64,000 nucleotides of DNA from Candidatus Latescibacterota bacterium (GTDB lineage: Bacteria; Latescibacterota; UBA2968; UBA8231). A program made the translations under genes and the position numbers. A model generated the notes under the pieces. It saw nothing but the letters and a program-made list of their open reading frames with translations. It was not told the DNA's origin and searched no databases. Positions 1-9,660 of the stretch are shown piece after piece (within the stretch, counting starts at the first letter, position 1; the number at the start of each line of letters is the position of its first letter). The DNA lies in the NCBI GenBank assembly GCA_963422735.1, contig OY730476.1:3040001-3104000 (forward strand). The letters are read 5' to 3'.

Positions 1-1095
1 GGCGCGGGCAAGGACCTAGTCGCCAAAGCTATACATCGCTACAGCAGCCGGCGCAAACATCCTTTCCGCCCGCTCAACTGCGGTGCCATTCCGGAGAATC
101 TGTTGGAGAACGAACTCTTCGGACACGAGAAAGGGGCCTTCACCGACGCCCGCGTCCAGTACCGAGGCATCTTTGAACAAGCGGACGGCGGAACGATCTT
201 TCTAGACGAAATCGGCGAGATGTCGCTGGCGGCGCAGGTGCGTCTCTTGCGAGTCCTCGAGCAGCGTGAGGTTGTCCGCATCGGCGGTAGCGCGTCTATC
301 TCGGTGGACATTCGCGTCATTGCCGCGACCAACCGCGATATACAAAAGGCGGTTGACCAGCGCGATTTCCGCCTCGACTTATACCATCGGCTCAAGGTCG
401 TCGAGTTCGACATTCCTCCGCTGCGCCGCCGGGCCGAGGACATTCCCCTCTTGATCGAGCACTTCACCAGCGAGTTGACCCAAGATAACAAGAGCCGCCT
501 AGAGGGGTTCTCGGCTGCGGCAATTGACCTTTTGCAAAGCTATGCCTGGCCTGGCAATGTGCGCGAGTTGCGCAACCTAATCGAGCACTCGGTCTTCCTC
601 GCCCCGCGTGCCCTCGTCGAACCCGAAGACTTATTGCCCCACCTCGGGATCCAGCCTACGCGCCATTTGCCAGTGCCAACCAACAAGACGCCGGACCAAT
701 CCGAGCGTGAGTTGATCTACTTTGCTCTCTTAGACCTCAAGCGCGAGGTCGCCGAGCTAAGAGCCACGGTCGAGCGCAATGCCCCCATGATGTCGTCCTC
801 TACGCCTCCAGTAGCACCAGCGGTCGTTCAGCCGGTCGCGCCAGAGGAGTCAAGTCAACCGATCTACCCGGTTGAGGATGCCCCATACAATCCCGCATAT
901 CCCCAGAGGCCCGCGGCAATACACATCCCCGAAAATGCAGCTATTGAGCCTTTGCCCACACTCAAAGACAGGGAGAGGGAAGCCATCGAACAAGCACTTG
1001 ACCGCGTCGGCGGCAATCGCCGGAAGGCGGCGGCAATCCTCGGCATCAGTGCTCGTACTCTCTACCGGAAGTTGAAGGAATACGACCTCGGATGA
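1..1095 (+). CDS. Sigma54-dependent transcriptional activator (NtrC/Fis family), 5'-partial
   Basis: Frame is open from base 1 (GAGKDLVAKAIH). It has ELFGHEKGAFTDA, Walker B TIFLDEIGEM, WPGNVRELRN and a C-terminal Fis HTH (GNRRKAAAILGISARTLYRKL). Confidence 0.93.
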   Translation, partial: GAGKDLVAKAIHRYSSRRKHPFRPLNCGAIPENLLENELFGHEKGAFTDARVQYRGIFEQADGGTIFLDEIGEMSLAAQVRLLRVLEQREVVRIGGSASISVDIRVIAATNRDIQKAVDQRDFRLDLYHRLKVVEFDIPPLRRRAEDIPLLIEHFTSELTQDNKSRLEGFSAAAIDLLQSYAWPGNVRELRNLIEHSVFLAPRALVEPEDLLPHLGIQPTRHLPVPTNKTPDQSERELIYFALLDLKREVAELRATVERNAPMMSSSTPPVAPAVVQPVAPEESSQPIYPVEDAPYNPAYPQRPAAIHIPENAAIEPLPTLKDREREAIEQALDRVGGNRRKAAAILGISARTLYRKLKEYDLG

Positions 1096-2570
1096 GGAGG
1101 CGAGACTCGCGAAACTCCTCCGCCCTGTTCAGCACTTGTCGCCCGTGGGTGGACATCGCCTTTATCGCCGCGTTGCTCGTGGGCGAGCGCCCAGCCAAGG
1201 CGCAATTGCCGGTGGAGAGCACCCAGCCCCTAGAGGATCTCAGCAGGGCTTTCCGCCAAGCCTATGAACAAGTGCGCCCGGCCGTGGTTTTAATCGCGGC
1301 GGCGACCCGACCTTGGCGAAAGGGCGTATTGCCCCCCTTTCACCCGGAAATTCCCGACGAAGACTTTCGCGGCATAGGTTCAGGTACCATCGTCAGCGAC
1401 GACGGCTACATTCTAAGCAATTACCACGTCATCGCCGGTGCCGACTCCATCCAAGTCACCCTCTCTGACCGCCGCACCTATCAGGCCGAGGTCATCGGCT
1501 TCGATTCGCTGATTGACATCGCCCTGCTCAAGGTTGAGGCGCAGGGGCTGCCTACTGTGCAGTTGGCCGACTCAGACCTGTTGCAAATCGGCGACTGGGT
1601 GCTGGCTATTGGCCATCCCTTGGGCATGGGGTCAACGCTGACGCACGGCATCGTCAGTGCCCTAGGGCGCCAAGCAGGCATTTTCAACCACGACGAAGAA
1701 AACCGCTACGCCATCGAGAGTTTCATCCAGACCAATGCCGTGATTAACCCCGGCAACTCAGGCGGTCCGCTACTCGACCTACAGGGCAGAGTCGTAGGGA
1801 TCAACACGGCCATTTCAACGCGAACCGGTTACTACATAGGCTATGGGCTGGCCGTGCCGATCAACTTGGCACGCGAAGTAGTAGATGATCTACTAGTCCA
1901 CGGACGGATCGTACGCGGCCATTTGGGCGTGACCATGGAAGCTGAGATGACCCAAGAGCTAATCCGCAAGCACGGCCTCGACATGGAACGGCCGCGGGGC
2001 GTTTACCTCAGACAAGTGCAGTCCAACAGCCCTGCCGAACTCGGTGGCCTGCTCGGCGGGGACGTCATACTGTCGCTCGACGGTATCGCGGTGAACCACT
2101 TCAACCACCTGCAGACGCTGATCTACGGCCGCGACCCAGGCGAGACGATCAACCTGCAAATTATGCGCCAGAACCAGCTCCGCCAAGTCGCCGTGGTACT
2201 CGGCGAGCGCGAAGACGACCGGCTTCTCTCCGTGGGCCATCAGCGGCTAGCACGGCTAGGGATCTCAGTCGAATCCTTGCCCGCCGAATTGGCCGCCGAA
2301 CTGGGCTTTGTCGGCGAACTGGCCGCTGAACTGGGCTTTGAACAAGGCGAAGATCCGGTGGTGGTAGTTGAAGTAGATCCGGAGGGGCTGGCAGCGGACA
2401 AAGGCATCCAAGTGCGCGACGTGATTACCGAGGTGGATCAAGAGCGCGTAACCTCATTGGAGCAATTTGTGCGCTTTGTCTCCGAGCTGGAAGAAGGGCA
2501 GTCTGCGTTTTTCTGGTTTTGGCGGCCCGATACCGGAATCGATGTCCGGGCGCTGAGGATTCCGGAGTAG
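1092..2570 (+). CDS. DegP/HtrA-family serine protease with PDZ domains
   Basis: GSGTIVSDDGYILSNYHVI, DIALLKV and INPGNSGGPL triad motifs, followed by two PDZ-like regions. Confidence 0.92.
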   Translation: MRRRDSRNSSALFSTCRPWVDIAFIAALLVGERPAKAQLPVESTQPLEDLSRAFRQAYEQVRPAVVLIAAATRPWRKGVLPPFHPEIPDEDFRGIGSGTIVSDDGYILSNYHVIAGADSIQVTLSDRRTYQAEVIGFDSLIDIALLKVEAQGLPTVQLADSDLLQIGDWVLAIGHPLGMGSTLTHGIVSALGRQAGIFNHDEENRYAIESFIQTNAVINPGNSGGPLLDLQGRVVGINTAISTRTGYYIGYGLAVPINLAREVVDDLLVHGRIVRGHLGVTMEAEMTQELIRKHGLDMERPRGVYLRQVQSNSPAELGGLLGGDVILSLDGIAVNHFNHLQTLIYGRDPGETINLQIMRQNQLRQVAVVLGEREDDRLLSVGHQRLARLGISVESLPAELAAELGFVGELAAELGFEQGEDPVVVVEVDPEGLAADKGIQVRDVITEVDQERVTSLEQFVRFVSELEEGQSAFFWFWRPDTGIDVRALRIPE

Positions 2571-2575
2571 AAACC

Positions 2576-3715
2576 ATGACGCCTGACCTAAAAGGCACCG
2601 ATGCCCTGCTGATGATCGGCAGCAGCGAACGCTACGCCAATCTGTTCTACGCCACCCGCTTTCGCGCTCCCGACCCCTTTGTCTTTCTGTGGACCCCCAG
2701 CGAAAAAATCATACTCGCGCATAACCTTGAGATCGACCGTGCGCGCGACCAAGCCTGCGTCAACCGGGTCTTGCCTTATGCCCAGTACGAGAAGCGAACC
2801 AAGGACAGAGGCCAAGAGTCGCCCAACAGCAACGCCGTCTTGTTGGAACTTTTGCGCGACCTCGGCTTGGAGAAGCTGCAAGTGCCCGCTGATTTTCCCC
2901 TTGGTACGGCCGATTTTCTGCGGGGGGAGAGCATCGAACTCGCCATTGCGGCCGAGCCGCTCTTTCCCCAGCGCAAAATCAAGGACGCCGAAGAGATCGC
3001 GAGTATGCGCCGGGCGATGAGAGCCGCCGAGGCGGGAATGGAAACAGCGATTGAGAGACTGCGCACAGCCGATGTGCGCGACGGTGTGCTCTTCCTCAAC
3101 GGCGACGTACTCACCTCAGAGCGATTGCGGCGCATGGTGCATCAGACGCTAATGGAATGCGACAGCATTGGCGAACATACCATCATCGCCGGCGGCGACC
3201 AAGGCTGCGATCCACACCAAGCGGGCTTTGGGCCTTTGCGCACCAGTGAGACCATCATCATCGACATTTTTCCGCGCGACGAGGCGAGCGGATACTATGG
3301 AGATCTGACGCGGACCGTCTGCAAGGGAGAGGCATCCAAGCCGATGCAGCACCTATACGAAACCGTGCTGGAGGCTCAACAATTAGGCTTAGACCACATC
3401 CGTCCGGGTGCCGAAGGCCACCTTATTCACGAATCAATCCAACGGTTCTTTAGCGATGCTGGCTACGAGACGGGGGAGAAAGACGGCTATATGCAGGGCT
3501 ACTTCCACAGCACTGGGCACGGGCTAGGTCTGGAGATCCACGAGAAGCCGAGGATTGGCCCGCACGGCGACGTGCTTGAGCTAGGCCATGTCGTGACGAT
3601 GGAACCAGGACTCTACTACCGAGGATTAGGGGGCGTGCGGATCGAAGATACGGTCATCGTTTGCGAAGGTGGCTACGAGACCCTATCCTGCCTGCCCAAG
3701 GTGCTCGAAGTGTGA
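2576..3715 (+). CDS. Xaa-Pro aminopeptidase (M24 family)
   Basis: GDLTRT, HSTGHGLGLEIHE, MEPGLY and GGVRIED motifs. ATG 2576 follows the degP stop. Confidence 0.9.
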   Translation: MTPDLKGTDALLMIGSSERYANLFYATRFRAPDPFVFLWTPSEKIILAHNLEIDRARDQACVNRVLPYAQYEKRTKDRGQESPNSNAVLLELLRDLGLEKLQVPADFPLGTADFLRGESIELAIAAEPLFPQRKIKDAEEIASMRRAMRAAEAGMETAIERLRTADVRDGVLFLNGDVLTSERLRRMVHQTLMECDSIGEHTIIAGGDQGCDPHQAGFGPLRTSETIIIDIFPRDEASGYYGDLTRTVCKGEASKPMQHLYETVLEAQQLGLDHIRPGAEGHLIHESIQRFFSDAGYETGEKDGYMQGYFHSTGHGLGLEIHEKPRIGPHGDVLELGHVVTMEPGLYYRGLGGVRIEDTVIVCEGGYETLSCLPKVLEV

Positions 3716-3781
3716 GCGCGACTCTTTACCCCAACTGGTGTTCGTTTGCACAAGAATGAGAAATTGAGCAGATTTATTTGT

Positions 3782-4216
3782 ATGAGACGGCACAAATTCA
3801 CCCTCGGCTCCCTAGTCATTGCCGCTGGCTTGATCTATCTTTTTGTTGCTGGCGTCCAACAGTCCACAGCGACCCACATGACGTTGCAAACTCTGATGGA
3901 CGGAATTATTTATAAGGGCCAGCGTATCCAGCTAGGCGGGGGCACGGTCGTGCCCGGTTCGATTGAGTGGGACCAATATCGCTCGCGTCCCGAATTCTCG
4001 ATTACCGACGGGCAACACACTCTGCGGGTGCGCTACATCGGACACGCCGTGCTGCCCGACACCTTCAAAGACGATGCACTAGTAGTTCTCGAAGGCGAGT
4101 ACCATCGAGCCGACCAAATCTTTGCCGCTGATATCGTCTTTGCCAAATGCCCCTCCAAATACGAGGGACAAAGCTATGAAGGCCACGTGCAAGCGATGAA
4201 TAGCCCGAACGGCTAG
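3782..4216 (+). CDS. ccmE: Heme chaperone CcmE, CxxxY variant
   Basis: N-terminal TM segment, PDTFKD..VVLEG and AKCPSKY motif; first gene of the ccm cluster. Confidence 0.9.
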   Translation: MRRHKFTLGSLVIAAGLIYLFVAGVQQSTATHMTLQTLMDGIIYKGQRIQLGGGTVVPGSIEWDQYRSRPEFSITDGQHTLRVRYIGHAVLPDTFKDDALVVLEGEYHRADQIFAADIVFAKCPSKYEGQSYEGHVQAMNSPNG

Positions 4217-4250
4217 CCCGCAGCACCTTTTTGGCTTTTCCCGACATTTT

Positions 4251-6707
4251 ATGGTTAATATCGGCTATTCTGCCTTGTGTCTAGCACTCATAGCGTCCGG
4301 CTATGGAGTCTTGGCATCGGCACTCGGGGCGAGGCGAGGCCATTTGGGTCTGGTGCGCTCGGGCGAAAATGCGGTCTTGGCGACTTGTGCCCTGCTGACG
4401 TTGGCGGTTCTCACGCTATGGCATGCTCTTATCTCCCACGACTTCCAAGTCGAGTATGTAGCCGAAAACAGCAACCGCGCCATGCATTTGTTTTACTTAA
4501 TAACGGCGCTGTGGGGCGGGCAGAACGGATCGCTGTTGTTTTGGGGCTGGATCCTATCCATCTACTCAGCGGGATTGGCAGCACTCTACCGCCAGCGCTA
4601 TCGCGAATTGATGCCCTACGCGGTGGCGACCTTATCCCTTACCAGCTTCTTCTTTTGTATCTTGCATCTCTTTGCCGCCGACCCGTTCCAGCGCCTGCCT
4701 TTCACGCCAGAGGACGGCCGCGGGCTCAATCCGATTCTACAACACCCAGTCATGGCCATTCACCCGCCGATGCTTTACTTGGGGATGGTGGGCATGGTCA
4801 TACCCTTTGCCTTTGCCATAGCCGCGCTCTTGACCGGCAAGTTGGACGCTACTTGGCTCCGCGCTTCGCGCCGCTGGATGCTCATTCCTTGGACCTTTCT
4901 CGGCTTTGGTCTCCTGCTAGGCGGCAAATGGGCCTATGTCGAACTAGGGTGGGGTGGATATTGGGGATGGGATCCTGTGGAGAATTCCTCGCTGATGCCT
5001 TGGCTGATCGCGACCGCTTTTCTGCACTCGATTATGATTCAAGAGCGCAAGGGCATGCTCAAGGTATGGAATGTGGCGCTGGCGATTCTCACGTACGCGC
5101 TGTGCCTGTTCGGCACCTTTATGACCCGCAGCGGCATCATTTCTTCGGTTCACGCCTTTGCCCAATCCAATATCGGCCCTTTTTTCGGCACGTTCCTAGT
5201 CCTGACGTTGATTTTTTCTTTTGGGCTTTTGTGGCTGCGGCTACCCCTGCTCAAGACCGAGAACCGCTTGGAATCTTTTGCCTCGCGCGAGACGGCTTTC
5301 TTGCTCAACAACTGGATTCTCTTGGGAATGCTCTTCGCCGTGTTCTGGGGCACTGTCTTCCCACTGGTCTCCGAAGCCTTGACCGACGAGCAAATCACAG
5401 TTGGCCCTCCCTTTTTCAACCAAGTCACGATTCCCATCGGCCTAGTGCTCCTGTTGTTGACAGGTGCTGGTCCGCTCTTTGCTTGGCACCGCACTTCCCG
5501 CGAGAGTCTGCGCAAAAATTTCACCCGCCCGGTGGCGGCGGGTGCTCTTTCTTGCGGGGTCTTTTTTGCTCTCGGCGTGCGCGACCCCTATGTCGTGCTG
5601 TCATTCGGGTTGTGCGTCTTCGTCCTCGTCGCGCTCACTTCCGAGTTCCACGCCGGAGCGCGGGCGCGGATGCACAGTATGGGCGAGCCTTATCCGGTGG
5701 CATTGTATCGCCTCTGCGCCAAGAGTCGGCGGCGTTACGGCGGGTATTTGACCCACCTCGGACTGGTATTGCTCTTTGCTGGCTTCACCGGCAAAGCTTT
5801 TACCCAAGAAACCGAAGTCGTCCTCGATCAAGGGGCTTGGCGTCAAGTCGGCGAATACCGGATTACCTTCGCGTCGCTGGCCTTCGCCGAGAACGCCAAT
5901 CACAGCACTACCGCTGCGGCCCTAGCCCTACACCGCGGCGATCAATTCCTCGGCACGCTGCTGCCAGAGCGACGCTACTACCCGGCTTTTGACCAAGGTA
6001 CCACTGAGGTCTCCATTTACTCGACATGGCGCGAGGATTTCTATGTAATTCTGGTGGGATCTGCCGAAGACCAGAGCGCCAAATTCCAAGTCTATATCAA
6101 CCCGCTAATCAACTTTGTGTGGCTCGGTGCTGTCGTCCTAGTGCTCGGCGCACTGTGGGCGATGTGGCCCACGCCGCGAGACCAGCGGCTAGCTCGGATC
6201 GATCGCGAGACTGCAATGGACTCGGCCATAGTACGGAGGCCTCGTACTTACGTACCTGTACTCGCCGCGCTGGCTCTGGGCTTCTCGCCGGTAGGGGCAG
6301 CAACAACGGCGGAAATCAAGGCCGTGGCTGAGGAATTGGTCTGTCTCTGCGGTAATTGTCCTCGGGAATCCCTAGCCACCTGTCTTTGTACCGACTTCGC
6401 CGTACCCGAACGCGAGGCGATTGGTTTAGCCCTAGACCAAGGCCAGACTCGGCAGCAGATCGTCGATGGCTATGTAGCGCGTTTTGGCCTGATGGTCTTA
6501 GCCACCCCGCCGCACGAGGGTTTTAACTTGCTAGCTTGGGTCGCGCCCTTTTTGGCTCTTTTATTTGGTATTGCCTTAGTACGCACACTGCTAGTTCGCT
6601 GGAAGAACCAAGGCCAAACACCTCTACAACCCAAGCCCCTTCCAGCCGACCGCAGCCAAGACGCGGATCGCCTGAGACGAGAGTTGGATCACTACGACGA
6701 TGGCTAG
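4251..6707 (+). CDS. ccmF: Heme lyase CcmF fused to a C-terminal CcmH-like domain
   Basis: HPPMLYLG and the WWD domain WAYVELGWGGYWGWDPVENSSLMPW, plus SVHAF. The C-terminal ~160 aa contain LVCLCGNC..CLC, YVARFG..VLATPP and a TM helix, as in CcmH. Confidence 0.92.
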   Translation: MVNIGYSALCLALIASGYGVLASALGARRGHLGLVRSGENAVLATCALLTLAVLTLWHALISHDFQVEYVAENSNRAMHLFYLITALWGGQNGSLLFWGWILSIYSAGLAALYRQRYRELMPYAVATLSLTSFFFCILHLFAADPFQRLPFTPEDGRGLNPILQHPVMAIHPPMLYLGMVGMVIPFAFAIAALLTGKLDATWLRASRRWMLIPWTFLGFGLLLGGKWAYVELGWGGYWGWDPVENSSLMPWLIATAFLHSIMIQERKGMLKVWNVALAILTYALCLFGTFMTRSGIISSVHAFAQSNIGPFFGTFLVLTLIFSFGLLWLRLPLLKTENRLESFASRETAFLLNNWILLGMLFAVFWGTVFPLVSEALTDEQITVGPPFFNQVTIPIGLVLLLLTGAGPLFAWHRTSRESLRKNFTRPVAAGALSCGVFFALGVRDPYVVLSFGLCVFVLVALTSEFHAGARARMHSMGEPYPVALYRLCAKSRRRYGGYLTHLGLVLLFAGFTGKAFTQETEVVLDQGAWRQVGEYRITFASLAFAENANHSTTAAALALHRGDQFLGTLLPERRYYPAFDQGTTEVSIYSTWREDFYVILVGSAEDQSAKFQVYINPLINFVWLGAVVLVLGALWAMWPTPRDQRLARIDRETAMDSAIVRRPRTYVPVLAALALGFSPVGAATTAEIKAVAEELVCLCGNCPRESLATCLCTDFAVPEREAIGLALDQGQTRQQIVDGYVARFGLMVLATPPHEGFNLLAWVAPFLALLFGIALVRTLLVRWKNQGQTPLQPKPLPADRSQDADRLRRELDHYDDG

Positions 6708-6749
6708 TTCGGCCTCACGGACGCGAGTCTATGAGGGCCTTATATATCA

Positions 6750-7190
6750 ATGAACGCGACAGACCTCTTACCCATATTGTGTTCGGTCGCTCTGCTACTG
6801 GGGCTATTGCTCTATCTGGGACGCCCCCTCCTAACGACGAGCGAGAGGGCGGGCGCGGCGAGTGGACCGATGCGACAGCTTTTTGAGCGCAAGGAGCAGC
6901 TTTTGGGCCAGATCGTCGAGCTGGAACTTGACCGCGGGCTCGGTAAAGTGTCCGCAGAAGACTTTCAGCACCTCTTCGCCGAGCTGGAAGCCGAGACGTT
7001 GGCGATTATGGGAGAGTTAGATCGGCTCAACGGCGTGAGCAGCTATCAACTCGAACGACGCATAGAGGAAGAGATCGCAGCCCTGCGCCAAAAGACCGCT
7101 GTTCCTCGTTGCCGCGGCTGCGGGACCCTGCGACGAGAGGGCGATCTGTTCTGTCCACAATGTGGGGCCTCTCTAGTGGAATCCAGCTAA
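6750..7190 (+). CDS. Membrane-anchored protein with C-terminal zinc ribbon (CcmI-N-like, ccm-associated)
   Basis: N-terminal TM, ELELDRGLGKVSAEDF motif, CRGC..CPQCG zinc ribbon. Confidence 0.75.
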   Translation: MNATDLLPILCSVALLLGLLLYLGRPLLTTSERAGAASGPMRQLFERKEQLLGQIVELELDRGLGKVSAEDFQHLFAELEAETLAIMGELDRLNGVSSYQLERRIEEEIAALRQKTAVPRCRGCGTLRREGDLFCPQCGASLVESS

Positions 7191-7193
7191 GCC

Positions 7194-8273
7194 ATGGTCC
7201 TGCGCTCGTTTTGCGCTGCAATCGTCCTTTGCACATCCGCTTCCGATCTGTGGGGCGCGGCGGTCAACGGTTATGTAATCAACCCCTTCACCCAAGCGCG
7301 AATCCCGGGAATTCCCGTGGCCTTCTACGTCCGCCAAGACGGACAGATCCTCGAGATGCTGCGCAAGGATACAGACGACGATGGACGCTTCTCCTTTGCC
7401 GGCCCTTTCCTACAGGGCGGAGTCCACTTTGGGCTAGCCGCCTTCTACGACGGCATCCCCTACTTCTCTTCGACCCTTGAGGTCGGCGCACAGCAACAGA
7501 TCATCCTCGAGGTTTACGAAAAAACTGATGATTCCTCCGGAATCCGCATCAGCACTCATCATCTCTTTTTTTCTTTGCGCGAGGACGCGATTGAGTGTGT
7601 CCAGCTTCTGCAAATTCACAACACCTTAGAGCGCACGTACTCAGGCAGCGGCGACGGGCGTGAGCGTCGGGTGACTGAGCTTGCCTTACCAGCGGGCCTC
7701 TTCAACCTCCAAAGCCACTCGGGTCTGCTCCACCAAGCTGGAGAAGGCCGATTCTTCGACAACCAGCCTCTGCCTCCAGGCCGCTCGCAGCAGAGTTTTT
7801 CTTTTAATCTCGACGTACGCAAATTCGCCAGTCCCTATGTGCATCAGGCAGTCTATCCTACCGACCGCTTGGAGATTTTTCTTGATCCCCCTTACATTGA
7901 GATCAAACCACCCTTTATCGACTTAGGCATTAGCGATCAGCACGGCCGCCAATACCGGAAAGTTGCTATAGAAAATCTACAGCCAAGCCAGCAGGTGGCG
8001 GTCCCCTTACCTTTTGCCCCCTCACTGCGTTGGTCGCTCAAATGGGCTGCGCTGGCAGGCGCATTTCTCACCGGTGGCGTCGCGCTGGCATTGAGCCGCC
8101 AACACTCAAGTACCGATCGCGCCCGCGCACTGGAAAAGCGGCATCATATCATTGAGGAACTCGCTCAGCTCGACGACGCTTTTGCCAGTCGGCCCGAATA
8201 TCCGCATTACGTTGACCAGCGGGCGCATCTGATGCGCGAAGCTGTTGCCCTGACTCAAGTTCTTGAAGTGTGA
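7194..8273 (+). CDS. Exported/membrane hypothetical protein with carboxypeptidase-regulatory-like N-terminal domain
   Basis: Signal peptide, TDDDGRFSF beta motif, C-terminal TM and ELAQLDD helix; lies within the ccm operon. Confidence 0.7.
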   Translation: MVLRSFCAAIVLCTSASDLWGAAVNGYVINPFTQARIPGIPVAFYVRQDGQILEMLRKDTDDDGRFSFAGPFLQGGVHFGLAAFYDGIPYFSSTLEVGAQQQIILEVYEKTDDSSGIRISTHHLFFSLREDAIECVQLLQIHNTLERTYSGSGDGRERRVTELALPAGLFNLQSHSGLLHQAGEGRFFDNQPLPPGRSQQSFSFNLDVRKFASPYVHQAVYPTDRLEIFLDPPYIEIKPPFIDLGISDQHGRQYRKVAIENLQPSQQVAVPLPFAPSLRWSLKWAALAGAFLTGGVALALSRQHSSTDRARALEKRHHIIEELAQLDDAFASRPEYPHYVDQRAHLMREAVALTQVLEV

Positions 8274-8986
8274 TGGATGGAGACGAAGCAATCGTCCTAG
8301 AGGGTGCTGCCAAGCGCTTCGGCACCCACACAGCCCTACATCCCACCGATCTGGTCATCCCGCGAGGCCAAGCGGTGCTGCTCGTTGGTGCCAACGGCGC
8401 AGGCAAGAGTACCCTGCTGCGATTGATGGCCGGCCTCTGCCGACCTTCGGAGGGAAGGGTGAGGCTCAACGGTCGCGATCCCCAACGCACCCCCGATGTA
8501 CGGGCCGAGATCGGCCTCCTCTCGCATCAGACCTTGCTCTACAACGAACTGACGGCGAGAGAGAACTTGCGCTTCTTCGCCCAGCTCTATGGTTTGGATA
8601 ACCCAGACAGAAGACTCGCTGCGGCCTTAGGGGCTGTTGGTCTGAACGAGTGGCTCGACCAGCGCGTGGGTTCGTTCTCTCGCGGTATGAAGCAGCGTCT
8701 GGCTATTGCTCGTGCTATCCTGCATTGTCCCTCTATTCTCTTGCTTGACGAGCCGTTTACTGGCCTCGACTCCAGTGCCAGCGCTGCATTGCACCGCCTC
8801 GTGCGCCGCTTTCGGCAAGAGAGGCACACCTGTATCCTAGTGGTGCATCGCCTCGATGAGGCCGATGGCCTAGTGGATCGCCTGCTGGTGATCGAACGCG
8901 GACAATGGTGCTTGGACCAAGCCCTGACGGATGATCCAGACCACCTGCACAGGCTCTGTGCGCCCTATCTCGACGCCGACCCATGA
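8270..8986 (+). CDS. ccmA: Heme ABC exporter ATPase CcmA
   Basis: GANGAGKST, FSRGMKQR and LLLDEPFTGLD motifs; ccm context. Confidence 0.92.
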   Translation: MMDGDEAIVLEGAAKRFGTHTALHPTDLVIPRGQAVLLVGANGAGKSTLLRLMAGLCRPSEGRVRLNGRDPQRTPDVRAEIGLLSHQTLLYNELTARENLRFFAQLYGLDNPDRRLAAALGAVGLNEWLDQRVGSFSRGMKQRLAIARAILHCPSILLLDEPFTGLDSSASAALHRLVRRFRQERHTCILVVHRLDEADGLVDRLLVIERGQWCLDQALTDDPDHLHRLCAPYLDADP

Positions 8987-9660
8987 GCTTTTTAGAACGT
9001 GCACTGGCGATACTGCGCAAAGACCTGAAGGCCGAGTGGCGCACTAAGGCACGTCTCAGCCCGATGGTCTTCTTTATACTATTAATGTTGTTGGTATTCA
9101 ACTTCTCTTTCGATTTAGGCGGGGCCGCTCTGCGCGAGATCGGGCCTGGTACGCTCTGGTCGTCCTATGTCTTCGCCAGCCTGTTGAGTCTGGGTCGCTC
9201 TTTTGCTGACGAACGTGAAAACGACGCGCTCGACGCGCTACTGTTAGCACCAGGAGACCGCGGTTCTATCTACCTAGGTAAAATGCTGGGCAATTTTGTT
9301 TTTCTTTTAGCGATAGAACTTCTAAGTTTGCCTTTTTTCGCCCTCTTCTTTAATCTGTCCCCGAGCTTCTTCTTGCTCCCCCTGCTGGCCGTCTTCGTCC
9401 TAGGATCGGCTTGTATGGCATCGGTGGGCACGCTCTTTGTGGCACTGTCGAACAACATGCGCTTACGCGAACTGCTGCTGCCTCTCCTGCTCTTGCCCAT
9501 GATCTTACCGGCGTTGATTTCCTGCGTGGAGGCGACGGAGCTAGTGCTGGCCAATGACTGTTGCGAAAAACTCTTCCCACACCTGCAAATGTTGGGAGTG
9601 TACACGGTCGTTTTTACGGTGCTCTCGCTAATGCTCTTTGAATACGCAATCGAGGAATGA
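8983..9660 (+). CDS. ccmB: Heme exporter permease CcmB
   Basis: KDLKAEWR, F..ERENDALDALLLAP and ELLLPLLLLP motifs. Confidence 0.92.
   Translation: MSFLERALAILRKDLKAEWRTKARLSPMVFFILLMLLVFNFSFDLGGAALREIGPGTLWSSYVFASLLSLGRSFADERENDALDALLLAPGDRGSIYLGKMLGNFVFLLAIELLSLPFFALFFNLSPSFFLLPLLAVFVLGSACMASVGTLFVALSNNMRLRELLLPLLLLPMILPALISCVEATELVLANDCCEKLFPHLQMLGVYTVVFTVLSLMLFEYAIEE

Noticed and set aside
133-150. GAFTDA instead of GAFTGA in the sigma54 activator
   Set aside because: A known natural variant; not evidence of novelty on its own.
4277-5992. 571-aa alternative-frame ORF inside ccmF
   Set aside because: Low-complexity shadow frame with no motifs, overlapping a well-supported gene.
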